A stretch of 64,000 bases of DNA, from the IMG/VR virus record IMGVR_UViG_3300045938_000231, positions 5,423 through 69,422 of that record; one strand, 5' to 3'. The position numbers and the translations under genes are program-made. The DNA is from a virus (lineage: Duplodnaviria > Caudoviricetes). Shown piece by piece: positions 35,973 through 45,126 of the stretch. Positions within the stretch are counted from its first letter, which is position 1, and each line of letters begins with the position of its first letter. Below the pieces are notes generated by a model that worked only from the letters and a program-made list of their open reading frames with translations, was not told the DNA's origin and did no database searches.

Positions 35973-37382
35973 ATGAAAAAATTTTTAGTCACATTTTTGT
36001 TTGTTAGCATTTTTTTGCCTTTTGGATGTAATCGAGATTTTGTTCCTGAACCTCAATCTGATGAGCCGCTAACATTAACATCCGCTCGCAAATGGTTCGA
36101 AAATACTTTCTCTTCACCTAACGCTAGGCAAGATACGGCTTCTAAAACCTTAATTTGGGATAGAGCATTTTACCATGACTTTTCGTTTGGTAAGTGCGTA
36201 GTGGTACCAGTAGTTTATAAAAACCCCGAAATTTCTCAGTACTCTATCAAAGGGAAAAAGTTTCAAGATTCTCCCAAATTCAAAATTTCGAACAATGACC
36301 TAGACTTTCTGATTATAAGACAGAACGATAAGAAAAAAAATATCGAACGATTCGTACAAGTTGTACCCGATCAAGACTACTTGTCGAGATCGAATGGGAG
36401 AAAAAAAAGAATACCTTTTGATGGACTTGTTTTTATAAAAAACTGGAATAATAAGTTGATAGGAGGATATAAGTATGAAAGTGGCAAGCGAGTAGCACTT
36501 TTAACTAATTCGCAAAATATGAGACTTGCTTCATCTTTAAATCTTGAATGTGAAACGACAGATTGGTTTACTTGTGTAAGTGCTGACCACGGCGGTTCTT
36601 GGATGTGCAGATACACTCACTCATCTACAGATTGTTTGTGGGCACCTCAAGGAAGCGATGGTAGCATCACCCCCCCTCCTAATGAAGATTATGATTGTGT
36701 TGAGTTTTCTAGTGGCGGAGGCGATATAATTCAAACTGCAAACGATTATTTTCTAAGTAATTACCGTGTAATTGGACCGGATATCCCGATTAATATAGTT
36801 AATAAATTAAATTGTTTCGGATCAATCCCAAACGACCCTAAGTACAAATACAAAGTTACTGTGTATGTAGATCAGCCTGTTTATAACTCTAGAGATGTTG
36901 TAAACCTCAGTCTAGCGTCACGTAAACCGGGGCACACATATCTGGGTTTTGAACGTCTTGATCAAAACACTGGAGAAGTTATAAGAGTTGTTGCAGGCTT
37001 TTACGTTCAAAGTGAGGCTACTGCTGCCTCGTTAGTGTACACAACCAGCGCGTGGGGAGACGATGGAAATACACCTTATGATGCTTCTCTTAACGTTGAT
37101 GTATCGGCAGCTCAGTTTAAGAATATTGTTGACTTAATAAAACATAATCCGAACCCTGATTATCATTTAGTAGCTAATAACTGCACAACAGTCGCCTGCG
37201 AGACTGTTAGTCAATATATTGGTTTGCCTAGTGGACAATCATGGATTGGGCCTTTAGGTATTGGTTATAATCCTGGTGCTCTTACGCAAGATTTACGGGA
37301 TCTAAAACAGAACCCCCAGTACAGCAACAAGATTACAGTTGGTAATAATTTAACTTCCCCATCTACTACTAATTGTAATTAA
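35973..37382 (+). CDS. Lipoprotein with C-terminal permuted papain-like (His...Cys) domain
   Basis: Lipobox LPFG-C19; Cys-rich mid region; KPGHTYLGF...YHLVANNCT motif; AT-rich. Confidence 0.75.
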   Translation: MKKFLVTFLFVSIFLPFGCNRDFVPEPQSDEPLTLTSARKWFENTFSSPNARQDTASKTLIWDRAFYHDFSFGKCVVVPVVYKNPEISQYSIKGKKFQDSPKFKISNNDLDFLIIRQNDKKKNIERFVQVVPDQDYLSRSNGRKKRIPFDGLVFIKNWNNKLIGGYKYESGKRVALLTNSQNMRLASSLNLECETTDWFTCVSADHGGSWMCRYTHSSTDCLWAPQGSDGSITPPPNEDYDCVEFSSGGGDIIQTANDYFLSNYRVIGPDIPINIVNKLNCFGSIPNDPKYKYKVTVYVDQPVYNSRDVVNLSLASRKPGHTYLGFERLDQNTGEVIRVVAGFYVQSEATAASLVYTTSAWGDDGNTPYDASLNVDVSAAQFKNIVDLIKHNPNPDYHLVANNCTTVACETVSQYIGLPSGQSWIGPLGIGYNPGALTQDLRDLKQNPQYSNKITVGNNLTSPSTTNCN

Positions 37383-37395
37383 ACTTATAAACGTC

Positions 37396-37833
37396 ATGAA
37401 ATGGCTATTCGACAATATGTATAACGAAAGAGATACAGTTAAAGCTAGGTTATGGCTTGCTTTATCTTTGACGCTTTTCTCATTGACCACTTATAACGAT
37501 TCAAAATTCACTTTACCTATAATAGTCTGGACGTTTGCAGGCGTATTACTCGGTAATATCTTCGATAAGCTCATATGTATACCAGTATTTTTCAGTTGGG
37601 CGTATTTGTGGTTTGCAGTATTTAGCGAGAAAGTATTTAGTAGAAAAGTAATCTGGCCATTTATAATCATTCTTATTGCATCAATTGTTCATCAATTCGT
37701 AATTTGTCTCTCATCTCAATCTCCAGATGTGATTGGCCGTAATCATTGGCTTCTAGTTGTGGGGTCACTATTTATTTTATCTTCTATAGGCTTCTTTATT
37801 GAGTTGTATTTTTTAAATCGAGACAAAATTTAA
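37396..37833 (+). CDS. Four-TM membrane protein, partner of the lipoprotein
   Basis: Starts 13 nt after the lipoprotein stop; strongly hydrophobic. Confidence 0.75.
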   Translation: MKWLFDNMYNERDTVKARLWLALSLTLFSLTTYNDSKFTLPIIVWTFAGVLLGNIFDKLICIPVFFSWAYLWFAVFSEKVFSRKVIWPFIIILIASIVHQFVICLSSQSPDVIGRNHWLLVVGSLFILSSIGFFIELYFLNRDKI

Positions 37834-37861
37834 CACCGTAATAATTAGGTACCCAAATAAG

Positions 37862-37897
37862 AAACGCCCTACTGCTCCGGAACAGTAGGGCGTTTTT
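37862..37897. terminator. Bidirectional terminator
   Basis: AAACGCCCTACTG-ctccggaa-CAGTAGGGCGTTTTT. Confidence 0.85.
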
Positions 37898-37938
37898 GTG
37901 ATGGCTTTCCACTTCCTATCACGGTTCAAATATAAAAG

Positions 37939-38721
37939 TTAGGACCGATGGATCGACGAGAATCTTTCGTCAGACAAGGAAAATTCTCCTCTCGACAATG
38001 AATCGCCCTCAGTCATATTAGCTGCATAGGGCTGATTGAAGGCATAAGGCAGGCCATTGATCAGTATCGTGTCATGTTCCAGCACCGCTGCCATCGCTAA
38101 ATGGCCGTCGATGTTATATTCATCCGTAACGAACGTCAGCACCTTACTCGGTTCTGAATAGGAGTGTACGGTCTTTCCTGTTGTCGATTCCCGGTAAATC
38201 TCCTTGTTGCTCGATGGATCTACACCCTTTACCGCTATGCGTACCCGGAACTGCTGATAAAAGTCATCCGGCAGATAGCCATAACGGAACCCCAGGATCC
38301 GGCCCTCATCACGGAACTTTAGCACGGCCGAATACCGGTTTGCTTTGGCCGCCGTCGTCAACCATACCCATTGCGTCAGGTAGTTACCAATAGCTACCCG
38401 GTAGAATCCCTCCGATAGCGCTGGTACGGTCAAGGAACCATAGGTATGCTGGCCATCGGGGAAATCAATCGTGCTGAGTGAGCCTGCCAAAGCATTTTGT
38501 ACATTGCGCTCGTCGATCAGAGCCAAGGCGCCCGATATCGCTGTGTTGTCGAACGAATTGATGTAAAAACTTACAGTTTCACCTGGTACCAGCCACACAA
38601 CCGGGCTGAGGGCGTCAGGTTCCAACACGTACGGCCGCGGTAGATCACTCGCCGTTGGTGACTGGCCAGCTAGATACCAGACAAAGAAATTACTTTCGTT
38701 TATTCCCATTTTTAGAGGCAT
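37939..38721 (-). CDS. Putative tail structural protein
   Basis: 260 aa beta-rich, between tail chaperones and the tape measure gene. Confidence 0.6.
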   Translation of the reverse strand: MPLKMGINESNFFVWYLAGQSPTASDLPRPYVLEPDALSPVVWLVPGETVSFYINSFDNTAISGALALIDERNVQNALAGSLSTIDFPDGQHTYGSLTVPALSEGFYRVAIGNYLTQWVWLTTAAKANRYSAVLKFRDEGRILGFRYGYLPDDFYQQFRVRIAVKGVDPSSNKEIYRESTTGKTVHSYSEPSKVLTFVTDEYNIDGHLAMAAVLEHDTILINGLPYAFNQPYAANMTEGDSLSRGEFSLSDERFSSIHRS

Positions 38722-39082
38722 TTAGGGCGTCGATCTGCGCCTGGTACTTTTCGTCGAGACTCTCCAGCCAGGTATAGAATTGAAAGACGGTTAGGTCTTC
38801 GTAATTCTTACACCCGCACTCAGCGAGGGTAACTCCCAATTTGGCATAGCCTTTTTCCATCGATGCAACGACGTGCTTTTCGTTGTTGCGGAAACAAGAC
38901 GGTGGCGTTTGCATGACCACAATCTCGAATGCGGCCTGCAGACGCTTTTCGGTTTCTGGGGTTGGGGCCATAGCATGCATAAGCTGAGCTACCAGGTACT
39001 CCTGACGCTGAGCCAGCTGGTTTCTGCCTAAACCTCCAGTAAATCGCTTTGGAAAGTATCGAGCCAGTTCTGACTGGAGTTT
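38690..39082 (-). CDS. Tail assembly chaperone, -1 frameshift extension (gpGT-like)
   Basis: Protein-like sequence begins at the A9 run (KKKLQSELARYF); ends DLTVFQFYTWLE, typical of T-region chaperones. Confidence 0.7.
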   Translation of the reverse strand, partial: KLQSELARYFPKRFTGGLGRNQLAQRQEYLVAQLMHAMAPTPETEKRLQAAFEIVVMQTPPSCFRNNEKHVVASMEKGYAKLGVTLAECGCKNYEDLTVFQFYTWLESLDEKYQAQIDALNASKNGNKRK

Positions 39083-39489
39083 TTTTTTACGTTGTCGAGG
39101 TGATCGACGATCATTTGCTGAGTCAGGCCCAGGGTAGACCATTTCTCAATCAATTTGAACAGGTTGTCTTCGGAATAATCAGTAACGGGCTCCCCATTGA
39201 CGGAGTGGACATGGCACGCCCAGTCCAGCTGGCCAGCCTGGTAGCCGTCCTTGGCCATCACCCGGGCAAGCCGGTAATTGTACAGCTGTTCCCGGAACTC
39301 GTCGACCTTGCCGGCAGCACCGAACATTTCAGCGCGGCTCAGCATAGCATCCTGTTCGGTTTCGTTCTGGCCTAACTCAGCAGCCACGATTTCGTATTGC
39401 TTCGCCTTCTGATACAGGCTTGCCGGCATCTCCATGCACGAATCATACATGGTGTACTTTAGAGACGGACTAATATGGTGCTCTGTCAT
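39028..39489 (-). CDS. Tail assembly chaperone (gpG-like)
   Basis: 153 aa upstream of the tape measure gene with a slippery run near its 3' end. Confidence 0.72.
   Translation of the reverse strand: MTEHHISPSLKYTMYDSCMEMPASLYQKAKQYEIVAAELGQNETEQDAMLSRAEMFGAAGKVDEFREQLYNYRLARVMAKDGYQAGQLDWACHVHSVNGEPVTDYSEDNLFKLIEKWSTLGLTQQMIVDHLDNVKKNSSQNWLDTFQSDLLEV
39080..39088 (-). other. Programmed -1 ribosomal frameshift site (A AAA AAA/C)
   Basis: Minus strand GTA AAA AAA AAC; the -1 frame is the open downstream ORF. Confidence 0.72.
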
Positions 39490-39774
39490 TTTCGATACAT
39501 TGAACGGTTAGAGCCAGGCGAAAACACACGTACGCGAGTAGAACCTCATCCGCTTTACAACGTGGGCACTCATTAAACAATACGTAACAGGTTAGGGGAA
39601 TAGGCATCTAGGCGTCGGGGTTAAGCGGGACGCAGCAAGCCTGGTGAGATGTGCCGAAGGGTAAAGATAACAGATAGGCAGCTTTTTGAGGGAGTATCTT
39701 ACTTACAGTTTTACTATTATTGGCAACTAACAATAATAAAGAGCTTCACACCCTAAAGACCTGCTTTAATAACC

Positions 39775-41091
39775 GTGAGTTCCACCGAGAAAAAGTACCA
39801 GCTATTTATCAGTTCCACCTATGAGGATTTGAAAGGAGCACGTGATGAAGTCATCAAAGCGATCCTTAGTATGTATCATATCCCTATTGGCATGGAGATG
39901 TTTAGTGCCGATGATACGGAGCAGTGGGATACCATCAAAGAAACCATTGATAACAGCGACTATTACGTTTTGATCATTGGGCATCGCTACGGCTCAGAGA
40001 CAAAACAGGGAATCAGTTATACGGAGAAAGAGTTCGACTACGCCCGCAAAAAGAAGATTCCTGTCTATACGTTTGTTCGCAACCGAAACGTACCCACCTC
40101 GCCCCAGGAGAGAGATACCGACCCCAGTAAGGCAGTGAAGCTTGAGGCCTTCATCAAGAAAGCCCAGGCTACAATGGTAGACTTTTGGGATACTCCAGGC
40201 GATTTAGGCCAAAAAGTGTCCATTGCGATGATGAAAGCTTTTACCCGGCGGCCGAGAACGGGATGGGTAAAGAGCGACCAGGCGGCCTCGTCAGAAACCC
40301 TGAAAGAACTAACTACGCTTAGCCGTGAGAATCGAGAACTAAAGGAGGAATTGAACAAACTTAAGGCTTACAAAGCGGCAACACCATCTTTACAGGTCAC
40401 TTTTAATGGAGAAGAAAATATAGTATTAAATTTTTCTCAAGATTACGATTCCTCAACCCTTATATCATTTATTACCCCTGAGATTCTCAATAGTCAGGAT
40501 GATGGAATTATTGATAGACTGAATTCACGTTTAATCGATCCGTACAATAAATGGATAGAAAGTAATCCCAAGGTTGTAAAAGAATATAATCAATCTATAA
40601 TTCACTATGAAAAAGCTAAAGCTAGTGTCGCTAAATTCATGGTTGGCCTGAAGAACACCGGAACACTTAAAGCTAATGATATTAACGTCATTATCACCTT
40701 CCCGGTTGAGTTTATGGTATTTGACTCGAAAACAAAAAAGCAAATACCAAATCGCCTTCCCTTTGAAAACTTACCTGATAATCCTCTTGAAGAAGCAATA
40801 AAACTTTATAATAAAGAAAATAAAATCAGCAAAAAAGCACGTGATTACACAAAATCTATTTTGGCATCAGAGCTAAATATAAAGTCGAACCACCATTTTA
40901 TAGAAATAAAAGAACGGACTGTTAATTTCCATTGCAAGTACCTGCTTCATACGCAAAGTTTACGTGATGATAATGATTTAAACATTTACTTATTACCAAT
41001 AGCGATAGGGAACTTTTTGGCCAAGGTGGAAATAATATGTGAGGAGTACAGTGAACCTCAGAATTATGAAATCCCTATCATAGTACAATGA
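39775..41091 (+). CDS. DUF4062 domain protein with variable C-terminal domain
   Basis: KYQLFISSTYEDL...PIGMEMFSA...IDNSDYYVLIIGHRYGS...SYTEKEFDYA. Confidence 0.88.
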   Translation: MSSTEKKYQLFISSTYEDLKGARDEVIKAILSMYHIPIGMEMFSADDTEQWDTIKETIDNSDYYVLIIGHRYGSETKQGISYTEKEFDYARKKKIPVYTFVRNRNVPTSPQERDTDPSKAVKLEAFIKKAQATMVDFWDTPGDLGQKVSIAMMKAFTRRPRTGWVKSDQAASSETLKELTTLSRENRELKEELNKLKAYKAATPSLQVTFNGEENIVLNFSQDYDSSTLISFITPEILNSQDDGIIDRLNSRLIDPYNKWIESNPKVVKEYNQSIIHYEKAKASVAKFMVGLKNTGTLKANDINVIITFPVEFMVFDSKTKKQIPNRLPFENLPDNPLEEAIKLYNKENKISKKARDYTKSILASELNIKSNHHFIEIKERTVNFHCKYLLHTQSLRDDNDLNIYLLPIAIGNFLAKVEIICEEYSEPQNYEIPIIVQ

Positions 41092-41180
41092 AATAGCCTA
41101 CTATCAGACAAGATTCATAAAATTAGCTCAGGTATTTTACGGTATTTACTATGTTTTGCATTTGCTTGTAATATTTATAT

Positions 41181-41804
41181 ATGGACGAAAGGCAGGTTAT
41201 TTTGAGGGTCGATGGTTGGTACATTGGCTCAGCCAGAGAGGTGATTAGTCTATTGACGGATTTAGAGGCCGCTTATGACAGCCTCTATGCATTTGAGGCT
41301 ATTGTTGACTCGTTATATCAGCACGTTTATGCCGTTCGAGATCAAAAGCGATATGACTGGAGCGATATTTTGTTTCGTAACCGTAAAGGGCTTGGCTCTG
41401 TCTATGGTTTCTTACCAAGTCTTTATGATTTGGTTGCAGACATCAATATCGGACGGATTGTTCTACCTGAGCATCGGCTTCAAATCAACAAAGTAAGCTT
41501 TCAGTCACCTGGATTTTGGGAGTTCTTGGGGTCAATGAACCCAATGCAACAAATAAGAGAGTACTTGAAGGATGCTCATGAGCGCGACAAAGACCGTCTT
41601 TATCGTATTGACCAAGAAAGGCGTAGCGGAGAGCTGGAGATACAGCATAAACAAAACGAGCTAATCAATCAGCGGATTGATACACTTAAAAAACTGGGCT
41701 ACAGTGAAATAGAGATCAGGGAATTTATTGCAGTAATGGTTCACGAGCCGTTAGCTAAGCTGGATAAATACAAAGATTCAGGCCAGTTGGGTGAACCTCA
41801 ATAG
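41181..41804 (+). CDS. Hypothetical cargo protein
   Basis: 207 aa, SPGFWEFLG motif and coiled coil. Confidence 0.75.
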   Translation: MDERQVILRVDGWYIGSAREVISLLTDLEAAYDSLYAFEAIVDSLYQHVYAVRDQKRYDWSDILFRNRKGLGSVYGFLPSLYDLVADINIGRIVLPEHRLQINKVSFQSPGFWEFLGSMNPMQQIREYLKDAHERDKDRLYRIDQERRSGELEIQHKQNELINQRIDTLKKLGYSEIEIREFIAVMVHEPLAKLDKYKDSGQLGEPQ

Positions 41805-41836
41805 CCTTGAAAAGATTGCCTATAAACTTAACTCAT

Positions 41837-43000
41837 ATGATTTGCTTATACTGTAATTTAGAGAAAGACGAAAGTGAGTTTTCACAAGAACACGTTATAC
41901 CAAAAGCTTTAGGAGGAAATATAGAAACTAACAATCCCTTCTCAATCAATAACGTTTGTAAAAAGTGTAACAATATAAGTGGACTCTTTATAGATGCTGC
42001 CTTTATTAAAAGTTGGACTTCGACAAAATCGAAAGCATATTTTTACTATAAATATTTTGATTTGACTATAGATTCAGTAGTTCCATTAGATTACCTAGGG
42101 GAATTCCAAAGTACTGAACTAGATGATAATATATGTGATGTATGGACTTGTGCAGGAGGGGATTTAATATATCACTTCCATAAGCCTTACCCCAAAGATA
42201 TCGACTGCCCTCCAATCGTTGGTATACCTTCAACAGCGTACAAGAAAGAGATTGATCCTGGGTTTGTAATTTTCTTCTTATTAACCAGTAACAAAGCGTG
42301 GCATCCAGCTATCCTAAAGGCATTAAATCAACAATTTAAAAAGTCTAGGTTTTATCTTGGAGTTGGCCCTAAGCCAGAAAATATACCAAATTTTTTTAAT
42401 TTAGAAGAAGATAAAAAGAAGTATTTAAACTTAGTGATGCCTGATGGCCGTGTTCAGAACATTCTTATAAAAATAGGGGTAAATTTTGATTTTAGATTTA
42501 TTTGTAAAATTGCTTTAGGTATTGGAGGGGCTGTTTTGCATGAGAGCTTCCAGCAAAGTCGTTCCGCACAATTGCTTAGAGATGGTATGTGGGCAAAGAC
42601 ATACGAACAGAAATTAAAAACAGAAGTAAATCTTAAGGGATCTTTTGCTTACACTATTCCTAAAAACTTGGAACCAGCCTTTATTTGGGAATCTGGACAT
42701 CTCGTGTTATTAAATATTATAAACAAATCTTTATACTTGAATGTAAACTTTTATGGTACAGACAATTTTACTGTACTATTATCTAATGAACCTCAACATT
42801 GGTCGGGAATTTTGGCGTCAAGCATAGCATACGTTATATGCCCAACGCTCAAAAGAGCTGTAGGCCCAGTAATGTTAAAAGATTTTTTAGCTTTCCAATT
42901 AGGTGAGATTAATGACCTTGATTCTTTAAATCAACTAAAGGAGGAAATGAATCGAAAGAGAGATATACCACCATTCTTTATAGATAGAGAAGATGCTTAG
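41837..43000 (+). CDS. N-terminal HNH nuclease with large unknown C-terminal domain
   Basis: CLYC...SQEHVIPKALGG...NNVCKKCNN; AT-rich. Confidence 0.82.
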   Translation: MICLYCNLEKDESEFSQEHVIPKALGGNIETNNPFSINNVCKKCNNISGLFIDAAFIKSWTSTKSKAYFYYKYFDLTIDSVVPLDYLGEFQSTELDDNICDVWTCAGGDLIYHFHKPYPKDIDCPPIVGIPSTAYKKEIDPGFVIFFLLTSNKAWHPAILKALNQQFKKSRFYLGVGPKPENIPNFFNLEEDKKKYLNLVMPDGRVQNILIKIGVNFDFRFICKIALGIGGAVLHESFQQSRSAQLLRDGMWAKTYEQKLKTEVNLKGSFAYTIPKNLEPAFIWESGHLVLLNIINKSLYLNVNFYGTDNFTVLLSNEPQHWSGILASSIAYVICPTLKRAVGPVMLKDFLAFQLGEINDLDSLNQLKEEMNRKRDIPPFFIDREDA

Positions 43001-43079
43001 GCTTTAACCGCTTTTATGTAATGTTATTTCATAGTTTACAAAGTCGTTATATTTATAGCCTGATCAACAAAGTATTCAA

Positions 43080-43286
43080 GTGAGTGAAATTCTAAAACAA
43101 GCAGGCGAACTGCTTAAACAAACCCGCCTAGCAAAAGGGCTGACCCAGCAGGAGTTAGGTGAGAAATTAGGGTTAAACCGATCAACGATCAACCGCTATG
43201 AAAATGGAACTCAGAATTTGACGCTTGACACCTTACAAAGGGTAATGGGTGCCATGGGTGAGAAAATAAAGCTTACTAAAACATAA
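43080..43286 (+). CDS. XRE-family HTH regulator (cassette B)
   Basis: LKQTRLAKGLTQQELGEKLGLNRSTINRYENG; paralog of 27430-27636. Confidence 0.9.
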   Translation: MSEILKQAGELLKQTRLAKGLTQQELGEKLGLNRSTINRYENGTQNLTLDTLQRVMGAMGEKIKLTKT

Positions 43287-43339
43287 GTTTTTTTCTCTTT
43301 ATTGTTGTTATATAATGAAACAATTGGTAATATTGTAAG

Positions 43340-43358
43340 GTTAACAAAGTACGTTGAC
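43340..43358. promoter_or_regulatory. Operator candidate (cassette B)
   Basis: GTTAAC-aaagtac-GTTGAC; 14 of 19 positions match the cassette A operator read on the minus strand. Confidence 0.55.
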
Positions 43359-43370
43359 ACTAAATAAAAA

Positions 43371-43414
43371 AGCCCCCTAACGCTACATTCTTGGCGGAAC
43401 CGGCGAAAGGGGGT
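43371..43414 (+). promoter_or_regulatory. Conserved leader hairpin (cassette B)
   Basis: AGCCCCCTAACGCTACATTCTTGGCGGAACCGGCGAAAGGGGGT. Confidence 0.55.
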
Positions 43415-43441
43415 GCGACACAATCAAACTATACAGTTATC

Positions 43442-43894
43442 ATGTGTACGGGACAAAACTACGCAGGCCAACCCGCCTGTACAACCTCCTTTGAGCCAAC
43501 GGCTCGACAAATTACCATCCCCCCGCACCTCTTGGGTGAGGTCAACTGGGAACTTCAGGAGTTAGCCCAACTCCTACAAAACCCCTCCGTTTCCAGCATT
43601 AACGCTGAGCTGGTGGCCGCTGCCATTAATGCTGCCTATCATCTGGGCACCCAGTATCCTTCTGCTCAGCCTGTGGTAACCGAGGGAGTCACTATCACCC
43701 TCTACGTTAACCGGCCTGCTACGGGTAGCCAGATGTCCCAGTTCGAGGTCGTCAACACCGCCCTCACCCGCTACCGCCAGAGCCTGATCAGTATCAAGGG
43801 CTGTGGCTACGAGGATATCATCTCCGACATCGACGAAGTGCAGGAGGAGTTGATGGACCAACTCTGTCAGATCACATCCAACCTGATTGGTTAA
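43442..43894 (+). CDS. Hypothetical protein (cassette B)
   Basis: MCTGQNYAG...; paralog of 26831-27274. Confidence 0.8.
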   Translation: MCTGQNYAGQPACTTSFEPTARQITIPPHLLGEVNWELQELAQLLQNPSVSSINAELVAAAINAAYHLGTQYPSAQPVVTEGVTITLYVNRPATGSQMSQFEVVNTALTRYRQSLISIKGCGYEDIISDIDEVQEELMDQLCQITSNLIG

Positions 43895-43899
43895 CACCA

Positions 43900-44658
43900 A
43901 TGGAGGAGCTTATCAAGCTAACTCGTGACGGACTAGGTTCGTCACGGGTTGACTCTGCTCGTGAACTGCACGCCTTTCTGGGCGTCAAGTCCCGCTTTGC
44001 CGACTGGTTCAAGAACCGGGTCCGACAGTACGAGTTCGTCGAGGACCGGGACTACGTAACGTTTTCTAAGAATTTAGAAAACGGGGGACGGGAGTTGGAC
44101 TACGAGTTGACGCTGGGCATGGCCAAGGAGTTGGCGATGGTGGAGCGCACCGAGAAGGGCAAACAGGCACGGCAGTATTTTATTCAGTGCGAGGAGATGC
44201 TACGGGAGGTCTACCAGCAAGCCCTGCCCACCCAACAAGCGGCCAACACGGAGCAGGTCTTGCTCCAGCTAGTGAGCCAGAGCAACCAGCTTCTGGCCAA
44301 TCAGCAACAGCAACTTGACCGCCTACGGGCTGACATGGATCTGATCATGGCCGGCCACAAGCCCGTCCGGCACACCCCGCCCCTGCCCGGTCAACAGCTA
44401 CGTATTCCCGGCGTGCCACCGGCTTCGCTTCGGCCCATGATCTCCCGGCTGGTGCTGGAATACTGCGGCACCAGCGGGGCCAGCACCCATGACACCTGGA
44501 ACTACCTCTACAAACGACTCTTCGAAGTCTACGGCATTTCGGTGTACCGCTTGCAGCGCATCGGCACCGAAAGCATCGTGGACGCCGTGGAGCGCTACGG
44601 CCATCTGGACAAGCTGTATTCGCTGATCATGGCCGAACTCAACTACGCTGAAGAGTAA
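43900..44658 (+). CDS. AntA/AntB-type antirepressor (cassette B)
   Basis: SARELHAFLGVKSRFADWFKNRV...MAKELAMVERTEKGKQARQYFI. Confidence 0.88.
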   Translation: MEELIKLTRDGLGSSRVDSARELHAFLGVKSRFADWFKNRVRQYEFVEDRDYVTFSKNLENGGRELDYELTLGMAKELAMVERTEKGKQARQYFIQCEEMLREVYQQALPTQQAANTEQVLLQLVSQSNQLLANQQQQLDRLRADMDLIMAGHKPVRHTPPLPGQQLRIPGVPPASLRPMISRLVLEYCGTSGASTHDTWNYLYKRLFEVYGISVYRLQRIGTESIVDAVERYGHLDKLYSLIMAELNYAEE

Positions 44659-44726
44659 TCAATTCTTTCTCTCACCGGGGCCGCAAGGTCGCTACCTGAC
44701 CGGCTCCCAGCTTTTCAATCTCCATT

Positions 44727-44897
44727 ATGGCAAACCAAATCACCCCCAAAGCAATGCTTACCCTCCAGTTACACGACTGGAAAGTTTTACTGGCTCAACT
44801 AGAAGCCAATCCCGATACACCGGCGGCTGATATAATTTTTTGTCAGGCTAAAGTGCAACAGATCGAACGGGAGATCAACGATCTGACAATTCAGTAA
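44727..44897 (+). CDS. MANQ micro-protein, copy 2 (56 aa)
   Basis: MANQITPKAMLTLQLHDWKVLLAQLEANPDTPAADIIFCQAKVQQIEREINDLTIQ. Confidence 0.85.
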   Translation: MANQITPKAMLTLQLHDWKVLLAQLEANPDTPAADIIFCQAKVQQIEREINDLTIQ

Positions 44898-44900
44898 CGT

Positions 44901-45074
44901 ATGGGGAAGACGCGGCCAACCCCGCTGGAGCGGCTGACGCAGCAACTGGGCAGTTGTGAGGCCTGGTTGGCTGAGTTGGAGAAGCAACGCCCCCCGGTCA
45001 GCCTTAATGAGCTTATCTACTGGCAGGCTCAGGTCAGGCGGCTCAAGAAAGAAATAGAAGTACTTAGTAAGTAA
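44901..45074 (+). CDS. Divergent MANQ-like micro-protein (57 aa)
   Basis: MGKTRPTPLERLTQQLGSCEAWLAELEKQRPPVSLNELIYWQAQVRRLKKEIEVLSK; aligns loosely with the MANQ copies. Confidence 0.65.
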   Translation: MGKTRPTPLERLTQQLGSCEAWLAELEKQRPPVSLNELIYWQAQVRRLKKEIEVLSK

Positions 45075-45126
45075 TCAAACGGGCCGGTTGGCTCACTAGC
45101 TAACCGGCTCTAAATAGAGCTAATTT

